From NCBI GenBank assembly GCA_043228905.1, contig JBHGNT010000007.1, positions 11,780,001 to 11,844,000 of the forward strand: a DNA stretch of 64,000 nucleotides, given 5' to 3'. The notes below the pieces were generated by a model. It worked only from the letters and a program-made list of their open reading frames with translations, searched no databases and was not told the origin of the DNA. The stretch is from Azolla caroliniana (Eukaryota > Plantae > Polypodiophyta). The position numbers and the translations under genes were made by a program. Below, piece after piece: positions 12,861 through 26,800 of the stretch (position 1 is the first letter of the stretch; every line of letters starts with the position of its first letter).

Positions 12861-15196
12861 CGTCTACATGGTTGTTTTCTAGGTCAATAATGCTTAAAGT
12901 TCAACGGCTAGTGCGGGATTTTATTTGGGGGAATGCTATTGTAGACAATACTATAGCAAAGGTAGCTTGGTCGGATCTTATACAACCCAAACAAAAAGGA
13001 GATTTAGGTTTGATTGATCCTTTTATGCAAAGTAAGGCATTACTTGCTAAACATGTTGTTAGGAGTTTATTGCCAGGACAGGAGTTATGGAAAAAGTTAT
13101 GGTTGTGTCATTTATATAAATTTAAACTATCGGTTAGTGGCCAATGGCGTGTTAGTCTTAGATGGTTCTTTAACTGAGATTTTCTATTGCATAAGTCGAT
13201 TGTTGGGTCTTTACGTTTTTTTAATGGAATTCTAAGGGCATGGGGAAAGTATTCGTAGAGCACTTGTTTTCGTGTCACCAAAAACGTATCATCATTTAAT
13301 GCGTCAGCCATTGTTATGGAATCCTTTATTTACTGATGAAGTGGCATGTGTTTTGGGTTTACGACCTAGGTTATCTTGGGTTGCAATGGATAATGGACCA
13401 ACTCGTACGGTTGTGGATTGGGTAAATTTTCTGCAGACTTCAGTGCAAGACCAAAAGACTAGGGTGTCTAATTTCAGAGGGGCAAACATTATGCTCTCTC
13501 AAGTGTCAACGGTGTATTAGGTAACATTGCCAACTTTGCAATTTGGTCATTTCCAGAATTAGAATGGTATGTTTTCGACATTGAATATACTTATAGGAGC
13601 TTGTTTATATCATCAAAATGGCAACCTTTATTTTTATGAAGTTCTGGATAATGGTAGGATGTTTTTAGTGGAGGAGGACTCTTCAATTATGTCTTTTGCC
13701 AAGCAGATGCCAGTGAGAGTAATTGCTAGATTAGAAAAAAAGATATTTATAGATCGTAATCCATTAATTTCTAAGTACTCATCTCATATGTGGGTTTTAC
13801 ACTCTTGGCCAATTGCTGATCTGCAGTGGGACCCATTGGATTATGGTTGGAAGCTGTCTAGGTCTGACACTACGCAAACGAAAGTTCTTCCATTTTTCAC
13901 ATATTCTGTTGCATTGGGTAGAATGTTTTTGTTAAATGAGATAGAGTCGATACCTGTGGGGAAAAAATATTGGGAGGAAGGTAATGTGTCATCTTCGTAT
14001 ATGTTGAAGTTCTAGAAACAATTTTGATCACTTAAATGTATGAACAAGGTATTGCATTTTTGATGGTTAATGATTCATTATGCATTACCAGTAGGAGCTT
14101 TATTGAGGGGAACAATACCTGATCCATTATGTGGTAGGTGTTTTTTTGCATCTGAGACTTTGCATCATGCTTTTTGGGAATGTGTTACGACCAAATGTTT
14201 TTGGTCTCGCATTCGTAGGCTTTTAGGTCAATTCACATAGGCGGCCATATTCACATGGGGTATGATCATTTGGGGAATGTTGGCTCAACAAATGGTTTTT
14301 CATCATCATCATAATTCATCATTGACTTTACATATGAAAAGTTTTCAGGTGTACGTTACATCAAGCTCCTTGTAGGGAGTCAAGTTCTTTTCCAGGTGTA
14401 ATGTTTGGAACATTATCTCCTCGTTGGCCTTATGGATTATTTGGAAAGCGACGTGGGGTATGATCATTTGGATGCAGGTGATGATGTTAAGTGGAACTAT
14501 GTTCCACCTCATTGGTTGTTTCCTCTAGCAATGGGCCCGGTTTGGTTTGGTTTCTTGGCCTTGAAACCAAACCAAACCGTTTACGGAAATTTTAGAACCA
14601 AACCAAACCGGTTTATCATAAATCAAAACCAAACAAAATCATTTTTTTGGGATATTGATTATCATACATATTATGAATTTATGTGAGAAAATCATCATAA
14701 ATTTGATCATCATACTTATCATAAATTTAGTTATCACACTTATTATAAATTTGGTCATCATACCTTTCATAAATTTAGTCATCATACATATTATAAATTT
14801 GGTCATCATACTTATCATAAATTTGATAATCATACATCAAAAGGACACTCTACTTATAATGTATATAAAATTTAATAAGTTAGAGCCTAGAAGTTTAAAA
14901 TTAAAAGTTGAAAGTTAGCCTAGAGGTGAAAATTAAGGAATATTTTTTAACCTTTAAACCTTTAAACCAAACCACAAAAACCGAAACCGCTAAACCATGA
15001 AATTCAAAACCAAACCAAACCGAACCGAACCGAAAGCAAACTAGATCATAACATTTAAAAACAAACCAAACGGTTTATTTATTTTTGAACCAATAAACGT
15101 TAAGCCATGGTTTAACAGTTCGGTTCAGTTTGAGTCGAAACCAGGCCCATTGCTAGTTTCCTCCACTGGTGCCATTCATACTGAATACAACATGAC
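12861..15196 (+). mobile_element. 5'-truncated L1-like LINE, ORF2 C-terminal region, degenerate
   Basis: FIWG..AKVAW..L..PK.KGDLGLIDP motif, zf-RVT-like CGRC...ETLHHAFWEC near 14130-14185, and a WIIWK motif. Homologous to 31200-38649. Confidence 0.85.
14526..15155. mobile_element. hAT-type MITE (630 bp)
   Basis: TIR TAGCAATGGGCC...GGCCCATTGCTA. Perfect 8-bp TSD GTTTCCTC at 14518-14525 and 15156-15163. AAACC/AACCG subterminal repeats and an internal 24-bp tandem repeat at about 14690-14835. Confidence 0.93.
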
Positions 15197-15269
15197 TGGG
15201 AAGTCCACATTAATTTTTCATTAGGACAGTAGTTTTATTGAGTTTTTTGTAAATACAGGACTTTAGTGG

Positions 15270-16040
15270 TATACAGTGAGATGGTGATGTGGACTTGGAA
15301 GCATTTCTATTTGGTAAGGATGAGTGATGGTGTTGTCGGGGGTTGAAGCAAATTTTTATGAGGGGACGAGGATAACACATTCACTCTAATTTTGTTTGTA
15401 CAAGATTTCTGTGGTGAACGAACAGATGGTTGATGTGGAAAATGAAGCACATTCTATTTCTATATAGGATGAGTGACGATGGTGTAGGGGGATGAAGCAT
15501 AATTTCATGAGGAGAGTAATCTCATTTTGTTTTTTGGTATAGGTTCTCGGTGGTATAAATCAAGATGGTTGATGTGGTCATTAAAGCAAATTGTCTATTT
15601 TTTAAGGATGAGTGAATCATGGTGGTGGTGGTGGGGGCTGAAGAAATGTTTTATGAGGGGATGAGGATAGCACATTCACTCTATTTTTTGTTTGTACAGG
15701 AGTTCAGTGGCAAACGAACATATGGTTGATGTGGAAAATGAAGAAAATTGTAAAGGATGACTGACGATGGTGTCGGGGGAAGAAATGGAATTTCATGAGG
15801 GGATTAAGAGAGTAGTGTCATTATGTTTTGTTGGGTATGTACAGGTTTTGCTATGCTATGACCATCTAGTCGATGTGGACATTGGTGGTAATTGGTGACA
15901 AGTTGGTTGGGGAAAAGGAAGCATGTTTTTCATTGTTTGATAAGGATGAGTGATGACGTTGTTGGGGGTTGAAGCAAACTTTCATGAGGGGACAAGGAAA
16001 GTAGAAGCATTTTCTTTTGCAGGTGTTTGTTGTATTCGGC
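15270..16040. repeat. Degenerate tandem repeat, about 5 units of 140-155 bp
   Basis: GATGTGG...AGGATGA(G/C)TGA...GGGG...ATGAGG recurs at about 15286, 15432, 15571, 15728 and 15872. Confidence 0.75.
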
Positions 16041-16079
16041 GAAGTATATTCCAAAGAAGATGCAACTTCAACGCATTTC

Positions 16080-16730
16080 TAGAGTGAAGTCACATATATG
16101 AACTGCTTGATATGCTTCCAATTCAAAAGATAGCCTCCTGCAATGTTCTCATTGCATGATATGCTTCCAATTTGAAACCGGGTTGAAGCTTCTGTCACAT
16201 TTGTAGGTCCTATAAAAGCTGTTGCTAACATTGGAGCAATAGAAAAGGGCATAGAAATGCATGTAAAGATTGAGGAGATGGGCCGGCTAAAGAGAAACCA
16301 GGTTCTTGGCAATGTATTGTTTGATCTATATGCTAAGTGTGGAGTCTTAGAGAAAGTACATGAACTGTTTGATATGCTTCCAATTCAAAAGATAGTCTCC
16401 TGCAATGTTCTCATTACAGGATATGCAAGAGATGGGTAGGCTGAAGAGAAACTAGGTTGTTGGCAATGCATTGCTTGATCTATATGCTAAGTGTGGAGTC
16501 TTAGAGAAAGTACATGAATTGTTTGATATGCTTCCAATTCAAAAGATAGTCTCCTGCAATGTTCTCATTACAGGATATGCAAGAGATGGGTAGGCTGAAG
16601 AGAAACCAGGTTGTTGGCAATGCATTGCTTGATCTATATGCTAAGTGTGGAGTCTTAGAGAAAGTACATGAATTGTTTCATCTTCTTCCAATTCGAAAGA
16701 TACGCTCCTACAATGTTCTCATTACAGTTT
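16080..16730 (+). pseudogene. PLS-class pentatricopeptide repeat (PPR) gene fragment with a triplicated 154-bp unit
   Basis: TFVG..KA..IGAIEKGIEMH..GNVLFDLYAKCGVLEKVHELFDMLP..IVSCNVLITGYARDG. The unit recurs at 16323, 16477 and 16631, with in-frame TAG stops. Confidence 0.88.
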
Positions 16731-17429
16731 AGTGTTTAAGACAATGATCACACGAATGGAAAGAAGATTCTTGTATGTGTTCACCGTTCTTTGTAGTTTT
16801 ATACTTTGAGTCTTTGTAGTTTTTATTGGTCTACCACGGCTACAACCTTTATAAGGTTGTCAGTCTAATCATGTTGTCATGGATGTAGAATTTCTACTAA
16901 TGAAGAATATGTTTTTGGTAATAATAAAAAATAAATTACATACTACATATATAAATACATGCATACATATCTATAATATATATAATATAATATAATGCAT
17001 ACATGCTACATACATATCAGAATAAGCCATATATATTGACATACATATATACGTACACATTCTTACAAACATATTTTATATATATTACATGCATATATTA
17101 TTATACGCACATTTATACAAAAGTATACAAAAACATATAGAAATACCAAACACAAGCGGGCAGGAGTAGGAGCAAGAGTAGAGCAGTTGCTTCAGTGGAG
17201 CAGGAGCGGGCAGCGAAGCAGGAGCTGAAGCAGAGTAGTGGACCTGGAGCTGAAGCGTGTTAGTTGACTCACTTCTACCTACTAGTGTAGAACAAAAGTC
17301 AGACGTGGGTCACATAGACCACCAAACCCTCTTTGTAGGTCCTGACACTACACCTCTGTCACCTCTCTACAGGACACCTCTGAAACAGTCGGTAGACGCC
17401 ACAACAGTCACCGCCGATTCTTCTTCGCT

Positions 17430-17620
17430 AAACTAGGGTTTCACCCGGGACGCTCGAACAAAGCTTCGACGAGTGCGACCCAGTTCGACGAGTGGGCCCC
17501 ACTAAAGTTTGACGAGTGGGACCCAGTTGGATGAGTGGGCTCCACTAAAGTTCGATGAGTGGTTCCGTGGGCTCCCACTAGAGTTCGACGAGTGGGCCCC
17601 AGTTCAACGAGTGGGACGCC
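17430..17620 (-). promoter_or_regulatory. Telo-box plus clustered site-II-like (TGGGC(C/T)) short repeats
   Basis: TAGGGTTT at about 17434 and repeated GTTCGACGAGTGGG(C/A)CC units. Confidence 0.35.
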
Positions 17621-17824
17621 ATACCACCATATTTTAAATACTAGACACGCCCCCCCCCCCCCAAATTTTGATTATTACCCCCACAAGATAAAACAAATAA
17701 TAATAAATAAATACATAAGAAATAAGGAAAAAAACAAGGAAACAAAAAGGAAAAAAGAGGGACCTACCCCCCGCCCCCCCAATTCGAAGAGTGGGACCCT
17801 ACCCACCATATTTTTAAATACTAG

Positions 17825-20800
17825 TGTAAACGATTACTTGTGGAAGCGTTAGAAATAGAGAAAGTAGGGAATACACAGAGTACGTGGGAGAGACAGAGAG
17901 AGCATAACGTAAAAGCTATATTCAAAAACAATATATGCCTCTGTACATTACAATTGTGCTCAGTAGCACTATTTATACAACTCCTCATGGGATTGACAGA
18001 AGTACCGCGTACTTCAATGCTCACATGAGCTTTTGACACTTACTACGAGACTATAATTGCCTAGTAGTCAAAACTAATACTAGGCTTCCGGTTACCAATT
18101 GGACCCGGCTAACTGGCTCCCCAGCTCACCAGCTCTGTTGCTTGCTAGCTTACCGATCCGTCTCGCTTGCCGGCTCAAGCTTATTCAGCTGATCCGGCTC
18201 CAGTTGAGCTTGCCGCTTCAACACTCCCCCTCAAGCTCAACTTGAGGTTGGATCCTAGTGTCAGTCTCTGTGGCAGTCGGTTCTTCCAACCGACTTCTCC
18301 TGGCGTCGCTCCGCCTTGCTCGTGCTCCTCATCCGGTCCGGTTCTGTTTGCCGCGAGCACCACAGCCAGGAAGTTTTAGCTCCGACAGGATTTGAGCAAC
18401 CTACGACAACGCGACTTGTCGGTGGCGGACTATACCTCGAAGATCAAGGATATCTACGACTCCCTCGCCTCCATAGAGGTGAACATCGAGGAGAGCGAGA
18501 TGGTCCAGATCTATCTCGGAGGTTTGGTGCCGAAGTTCGGAGCGTTCCGAACGGCTGTGTGTACCCGGGAGAATACGCCGTCCTTTTTCGACTTACAGTC
18601 GATGCTCTTGGTATAGGAGAACCACGCGGGTGCGTCGACGAGCATGCACACCGACAACAAGATGTTGTACACGGAGGGAGAAAGGCCCTGTGGTCGTGGC
18701 GGACGAGGCGAGTCGGTACGCAATGGAAGCGGCCGACGAGATCAAGGAAGAAGGCACCGAAGTGATGCCGACAGCAACTCCGGACCCTCCGGAAACAGGG
18801 GGAGTCGAAGAGATTAGAACCGGCAAGGGAAGCCATCGTGGAGTGCTAGTACTATGGCAAGAAAGGCCACAGGGAAAATGAGTGCTGGAAGAAGCGCGCC
18901 GATTCGGAGAGAACCGGTTCCGGAAACGGCTCCAGACATACCGACAAGGGAAATCGGCAGCGATCGCACTACGTCGAAGACTCCGGGAGAGCCGGAGAAG
19001 GGTCTGTCTTCGTGATGAGACACAAAGGAAACTCAATGAAACAAAGCACCCCGAGATCGGACAAGGTGTGGTACGTAGACTCCGGCGCGTCAAACCACAT
19101 GACGAGCCATAAAGAATGGTTCTCATACCTTGAAAAACCGATACAACCTGGAGTAGTCGCAACAGGAGATGACACTCCGCATTTGATCGCGAATGTTGGA
19201 GAAGTTCCCCTTAGCCATGTCGGGCAGAAATGGAAACTCATGAACGTGTTGCACGTTCCGATAATCACGAAAAACTTGGTCTCGGTCGGACAGATCGTCG
19301 ACCAAGGGATGGAGGTTCGGTTTACACACCTCGGGTGCTTCATTGAGGAAGAAGGCCGTGTGATTGCGCAAGGGCGCAGAGACGGGAGGATGTTCATCCT
19401 CGACTCCACTGACGGCGGCACCACAATGTTCGCGAAGGGACAAAAAACTGAGTCGGACATTGACTTGTGGCACAAGTGGATAGGCCACGTCAACCACCAG
19501 CGGCTTCAAGATCTGTAATCGAAACAGGTAGTGTTCGGATTGCCCAAATTTAGTGGCCGAAAGGCACAAATTTGTGAAACCTGCCAGCTCGGGAAGCAAC
19601 ACCGACTTCCTTTCCCCAACGAGTGAAACCGGAGCCGGAACAAGCTCGACCTTATACAATCCGATGTATGGGGGCCGGCACAAAACGTTAGTCTTCACGG
19701 GAGCCGATATTTCGTCTCCTTCATCGATGACCACACGCGGCACTCGTGGATCTACCTCATTGAGAGGAAGAGCGAAGTCTTCGATTGCTTTCAGGACCTC
19801 AAAGGGTTCGTGGAAACGGAAACGGGACGAAAGATCAAGTGCCTGCGGTCGGATGGCGGGAAAGAGTACTTTTCCGGTCAATTCAACGTTTACCTACAAC
19901 AAATGGGAATTCGCCGTGAATTTAGTTGTAGATACACGCCGGAGCAGAACGGCGTGGCCGAGAAAAAGAATCGGTCACTTGTGGAAGCGGCACGGGCAAT
20001 GCTGGAGGAGAAGAGCTTGCCCAAGTTCTACTGGGCCGAGGCGGTAAGGACCGCGGTATACATCCAGAACCGGATCGGAGACAAGGTGTCGGCACACGAG
20101 CTATACTTCGGAACGAAGCTGAACTTGCGACACTTGAGGGTGTTCGGTAGCATTGCGTATGTGCATATACCGAAGGAGAAAAGGAGGAAGCTGGACGCAA
20201 AGGCCGAGAAATGCTTCTTGGTCGGTTACTCGGACGAGTAGAAGGGTTATAAGTGCTATAACCCTTGCACCAAACAAGCGCGTGTCAGCCGCGACGTTGT
20301 GTTTGACGAGTCCGCGTTCTGGTACCAGCCCCTGACTCCGAACCCCGACTCCAATCCGAGCTCTGATGATGAGGTCAGCGAGGCCGAGATGCCTCCGGAT
20401 GAGCCCGAAATTGAGACCCGCGAAGAGAGTCCGATTTCACTCCGGTTAAGTGGACCGATTGGACGACTGAGTCGGTACGACCAGTTCGATGAAGAGTCGG
20501 CGAGTAGTGGAGACTCGGCCATGCATTCCCCGTGCAGGAAGCCGAGGAGACGGCTTACGCGCAAAGAGAAAGGGAAGAAGAAGGTGTTGGATTCCGGCAC
20601 GGATAAGAACGAGTCAGACCGACGCGAGTCCGACTCCGAGGTCTTTAAAGGTGAAGTCCACGTCGATCGAGAAGGCTCGACATCGGCTAATGCGAGATTA
20701 CGACGATCTACCCGCCAGAAGAATCCTGTTTTGCGGTTCGGATACAACGAGTACATGGCGCATCATTATGCGTACATGACCCGTGTAGCGGAAGTGCGTG

Positions 20801-23800
20801 AGCCGGAGAGTTATGCAGAAGCGGCTAAAGACGCGAATTGGCATGCCGCGATTGAGGAAGAGATGCACGCATTGGCAGAGAACAAGACCTCGAACCTGGT
20901 TGACGCACCAAGAGGGGTAAAACCCATCGGGTGTAGGTGGGTGTACAAAGTTAAGTACAACACCGATAGCTCGGTCAACCGGTAGAAGGCTCGGCTAGTG
21001 GCAAAAGGCTACGCGCAGAAACACGGCATCGACTACGATGAGACATTTGCGTCGGTCGTGAAAATGTCGACCGTCTGTGTTTTGCTCGCAGTAGCCGCGG
21101 CCAAGGGGTGGCACTTACCTCAAATGGATGTAAAGAATGCGTTCCTGCAAGGTGACCTTGAGGAACAAGTGTACATGGTACAGCCCCACGGATTTCACTC
21201 CGGAACGAACTCCTCGGCAGTATGCCGACTGAAGAAGTCCCTTTACGGACTAAAGCAAGCCCCGCGTGCCTGGAACGCGAAGATCACGCAACAACTGCGT
21301 CGGATGGGCTTCGTCACGTCAAAATTGGACTCTTCCCTGTTCATCCGGAAAGGTCGACTCGGACCGGTTAGTATTCTACTATATGTCGATGACATGGTCA
21401 TCACCGGCGCCGACCTAGGTGAAATCGACCGCGTGAAGCTGCAGCTTGCGGCATCGTTCGACATGAAGGATCTGGGGGACCTTCATTACTTCCTCGGGAT
21501 CAAAGTGATCCGTACCCCCGAAGGCATATTGATCAGCGAACCTCATTACGTGCTGGGTATGCTCTTCAAACTCGGGATGGCCGACTGTAAGTCCGTCTCG
21601 ACTCCTCTAGACAGAACCATCAAGCTTCGTCCCGATACGGGAAAGGTATGCCACCCGACGAGGTTCCGAAAAATTGTCGAAAGCGTCATATACTTGACCA
21701 TCATCGGACCCGACCTCGGTTATCCGGTCGGGTTGATCAGTCAGTTCATGGAGCGACCTACTGAGGAGCACCTTGAGTGTGCACAACGCGTACTGCGGTA
21801 CGTAAGTGGCACTAAGGACTGAGGACTGCTATATCAGACCGGTGCATCCGTGCAGTTAGTGGCTACACCGATGCTGATTGGGCTGGCAATGCCGCCGATC
21901 GCCGATCCACGTCTGGATACGTGTTCTCCCTCGGGAGTGCCGCGATTGCGTGGAGCATTAAGAAGCAGCCGATAGTTGCACTGTCGAGCACCGAAGCCGA
22001 GTACCGAGCAGCGGCTGTCGCGACATGCGAAGCCATATGGTTGAAGCGGCTACTTAAGGACCTGCAAGAGGAGGTGTCCGATCCGACGACGATCTACTGC
22101 GACAACCTCAGCAGCATCCAGCTCGCGAAGAACCCCGTTCTCCACGCACGGACCAAGCACATTGAGGTGCACTACCATTTCGTCCGTGAGCGTGTCCTTT
22201 CCGGTGAAGTCGAACTTTAGTACGTGGCGACGGATCGGCAGACTGCCGACATCTTCACAAAGCCTCTTGGTCTGGACAAGTTGCAACAATTCTTAGGTGC
22301 GCTCGGATTGCGTCACCTCGATGTGCCGAACTTGAGGAGGAGAACAATCCCGAACGACCAAGCAAGGACCTAGGAAAGGAGCGGAGACCGCGACACCGAG
22401 TCGGTTGTCGAGTTCGACTTCGAATCGGTTGAAGAAGCCGAGGGCGACGACCAAGCAAGGCAGTAGGAAAGGAGCGGAGACCGCGACACCAAGTCGGTTG
22501 TCGAGTTCGACTTCGGTTCGAGTGTTTGATTCAGACACGTTGAATCAACCGAGGCCCAAGCGGAAGAAAAGGCAGCAGAAGAAGTGTCGACACCACAACA
22601 GCAGAATAGCTTATAAGGGCCACATGAGCAGACAAGCCGACCGGAAGGGTTGAAGCGCGCGGAGTCGAACAGGTCGAGGAGCACGAGCGAGGCGTGAAGC
22701 CAGGAGGAACCGGAGCTGTGAAGATCCCGAAGAGCCTCAAGTTGAGCTTGAGGGGGAGTGTTGAGAGACAAGCTCAACATCGGCCGGATCGGCTGAAGAA
22801 GCCGAGGACCGGATTGGGTTGGACCGATCTGTTAGGCCGTTAGGAAAGATATTCCGTGAGGAATATATTTGGGAGTTAGTGTAGGAGCTCTTAATGGGCA
22901 TTGAAGTACTGTCAGTACTTCGGTCAGTCCTTCTAGGACTTGTATAAAAGTGTTCATTGAACACACATATGTATAGAGAGTAGTGAATAGAGTGTTGAAT
23001 ATAGTTTTTTGTCTTTTATCTCTCTGTCTCTGCCGCGTATACCGTGTAAGCTCAAGCTCTCCATTAAACCTGAGTTTCCTTCCTTCTGTTCTGTCTTCAT
23101 ACTTGCTTCCACACGCTACTTTCTACAATCAAGTGCCCGCATTTCTTCCTCCATAGCAGCACGCCAATTTGCGTCCTTGGCCGCTTCTGCGTAGCTCTTC
23201 GGCTCACGCACTTCCGCCACCTTCGTCATGTACGCATAGTGATGCGCCATGTACTCATTCTACCCGTACCGCTTGGCGGGATCCTTCTGGTGGGTGGACC
23301 GGTGTAACTCACCGTTACCCGGTTTGAGGCCCTTCTTAGCCAGTTCGGTCTTCATTGCCGAAGATCCTCCTTTCTCCTTGCCGGAGTCAGACGTACACCG
23401 ATCCGAGTCATCGTTGCCGTATTCAAATTCCTGCATCTTCTTCTTTCCCTTCTCTTTGTGCGTGAACGGTCTCCTCGGTTCCTTGCGCGGGGAGTGCATG
23501 GCAAATTCTCCACTACTCGCCGGTTCCTCATCGGACTGGTCAGATTGACTCAGTCTCTCGTTCGGCCCACTCAACCGGAACGATTCCGGACTCTCATCCC
23601 GAGTCCTCGCTTCATCATCCTCTTCCTGGGCCGGTTCAGGATCACTAGCCTCATCCACCGGCATCGGGTCAGATTCGGAAGTCGGAGTCGGTAAGGAGTA
23701 CCACGATGCAAATTCATCAAACTTGACATCTCGACTAACTTGGACCTGCTTTGTCCGTTTGCTCTTGAGCATAGTCGACTAGGATCCATTTTTCCGATTT

Positions 23801-26800
23801 TGCATCCAACTTCCTCCGCTTCTTATTCGGTACATGCACAAATGCAATGCTACCGAAGATCTTAAGGTGTCTCAAATTCGGTTCCGCCTGAAATACAGCT
23901 CGTGAGCTGACACCTTGTCACCGGTCCGGTTCTATTTGCCGCAACCCCTCTTGTTCTGTGCGCCTTGACCTTCTCGGTCGGTATGTCTGATCAATAGGCC
24001 CCTCTCAGCTCCTTTGATGCTATGACTCCGGCGCTTATCGATCCGTTGGTTCCTCCGCGATGGCATCGACTTCCGCTGCATTCGTGTTTGCTTGGCATTG
24101 AATTGATCCGGTTGTTCCGAATCTGTCTTTTGAACCAAATCTACTGTCTCTGATTTGTTCCAGTTCTTGTCCGAATCGGTTGCTCCCGATTCTTCTTCTG
24201 GTTCCAAGCCCTTAACCACATCAGACCATGTTCAAGGGTTATAACACTTATAACCCTTTTGTTCTTGAGCATTGCCGACTAGGATGCATTTTTCCGATTT
24301 TGCATCCAGCTTCCTCCGCTTCTCATTCGGTACATGCACAAATGGAATGCTACCGAAGATCTTAAGGTGTCTCAAATTCGACTTCCGCCCGAAATACAGC
24401 TCGTGAGTTGACACCTTGTCACCGATCCGGTTCTGGATGTAGACAACCGTTCGGACTGCCTCCGCCCAGTAGAATTTGGGCATGCTCTTCTCCTCCAACA
24501 TTGCCCTTGCCGCATCGATAAGCAACTGGTTCTTCCTCTCGGCAACACCATTCTGTTACTCTCGCCGAATACCCGTTTGCTGCAGATAATTGTTGAATTG
24601 GCCGGAAAAGTATTCTTTCCCGCCATCCGACAGCAGGCATTTGATCTTCCTCTCCGATTCCCGTTCCACCATGCTTTGGAGACTCCGGAAACACTCGAAG
24701 ACTTCACTCTTATGCTCAATGAGGTAGATCCATGTGTGCTGCGTACAGTCATCGATGAAGGAGACGAAATATCGACTCCCGCCAAGACTAACACTCTGTG
24801 TCAGTCCCCACACATCCGAATGGATTAGCTCGAGCTTGTTATGGCTCCGGTTTTGTTCGGTAGGGAATGGAAGCCGGTGTTGCTTCTTGAGTTGGCAGGT
24901 TTCACATACTTGGGCCTTCTGGTCGCTGAACTTCGGCAAACCGAAAACAACTTGTTCCGTTTGCAGGTCTTGAAGCCTCCGGTAATTGACGTGGCCTATT
25001 CGCTTGTGCCACAGGTCAATGTCCGATTCGACCTTCTGTCCTTTTACAAACAGAGCGGTGCCAATGCCATTGGTGTCGAGGATAAACATCCTCCCGTCTC
25101 TGCACCCTTGCGCAATAATCTGGCCCTCTTCCTCGATGAAGCACCCAAGGTGCGTAAACCGCACCTGCATCCCCTGGTCAACGATCTGTCCTACCAACAC
25201 CAGGTTCTTCGTGATTGTCGGAACGTGTAATACGTTCATCAGCTTCCCCTTCTGTCCGACGTGGCTGAAAGGGACTTCTCTGACGTGCACGATTGGGTGA
25301 GGAGTGTCGTCTTCGGTTTCGATTACTCCTGGTTGATCCGGTTTTTCCAAAAAGGAGAACCACTCTTTGTGGCTCGTCATGTGGTTCGACGCACCAGAGT
25401 CAACATACCAGACTTCCTCGGATTTGGAAGTGGTCTTCTTCATCGAGTTCGCCTTGTGCTTCATCACCAAGGTTGGCCCGTTACCGTTCTTGGATCCTCC
25501 CGATCCCTTCGCATAGTGCGAGCTTTGCCGGCCATCCTTACCGGCCTTGCCGGATCCGGATTTGTCCGTATCGGCGCGTTTTCTCCAGCACTCGCTTTCT
25601 CTGTGGCCCTTTTTGCCACAGTACCATCATTCCACTACAGACTTCTCTTGCCGTCTTCCAGTGTCGCCATGACTCCCCCTGCCTGTGGAAGTCTCGGAAC
25701 TGCTATCGGCACGTTCTCTGTGCCTTCGTTCTTGCTCTTGCCGGCCGCCTCCATTGCGTTCCGACCCGCCTCGTCCACCACGCCCACGGGACCAATCCGC
25801 CTCCGTGTACAGCATCCGGTTGTCAGTGGGTGCGCTAGTTGACGCACTGGCGTGGTTCTCCTCTACAAGGAGCATCGACAGTAAGTCGAAAAATGACGAC
25901 GTATTCTCCCTTGTACACACCGCCGTTCGGAACGCTCTGAACTTCGACGCCAAGCCCCCAAGACAGACCTGTACCATCTCGTCTTCCTCTACAGTAACGT
26001 TGATAGAGGCAAGCGAGTCATAGATCTCTTTGATCCGGGCCGTGTAATCCGCCACCGACATGTCCTTCTGTCGGACATTGCTCAACTCTTGTCGGAGTTG
26101 CAGCTTCTGGGTTGTTGTGCTCACAGCAAACACCTTCTTCAGGTTCCCCCAAGCCTCCTTCAGCGTCTTGGCATCTCGGATGTGGCTCAGCAGCTGGTCT
26201 CCGACATTGGACGCGAAGCAGTACATCACTCTGCTTGCCGATTGTTCCCACACTGGGAAGTCCTTATGTGCCACATCAGGTGTTGTTTCGTTGGCTCCTT
26301 TGACGAAACTCCAGTAGCCATGCCCAAGCCGGTACTGGTGCATCTTATACGACCAAGCTGCATAGTTGGAACTGTCGAGTTTCTCCACAGGGAGCGAGCT
26401 AGCCCTCCCTCTATCCATCACTTCTTTGTCTGCTGTTTTACGACCTGTTAGGGTTTGCTGTCAAGCGTTTGTCGGTTGCAGAGGATGTTCTCAACCCTCA
26501 TGCTCTGATACCATGTAAACGATTACTTGCGGAAGCGTTAGAAACAGAGAAAGTAGAGAATACACAGAGTACGCAGGAGAGACAGAGAGAGCATAACGTA
26601 AAAGCTATATTCAAAAACGATATATGCCTCTATACATTACAATTGTGCTCAGTAGCACTATTTATACAAGTCCTCATGGGACTGACAGAAGTACCGCGTA
26701 CTTCAATGCTCACATGAGCTTCTGACACTTACTACGAGACTATAATTGCCTAGTAGTCTAAACTAATACTAGGCTTCCGGTTACCGATTGGACCCGGCTA

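Noticed and set aside
14639-14918. Ile/Met-rich ORFs
   Set aside because: Translation of the MITE's 24-bp tandem repeat.
17790-17824. Possible Helitron 3' end (short hairpin plus CTAG)
   Set aside because: The stem is only 5 bp, the sister copy is followed by A rather than T, and no 5' end or helicase was found.
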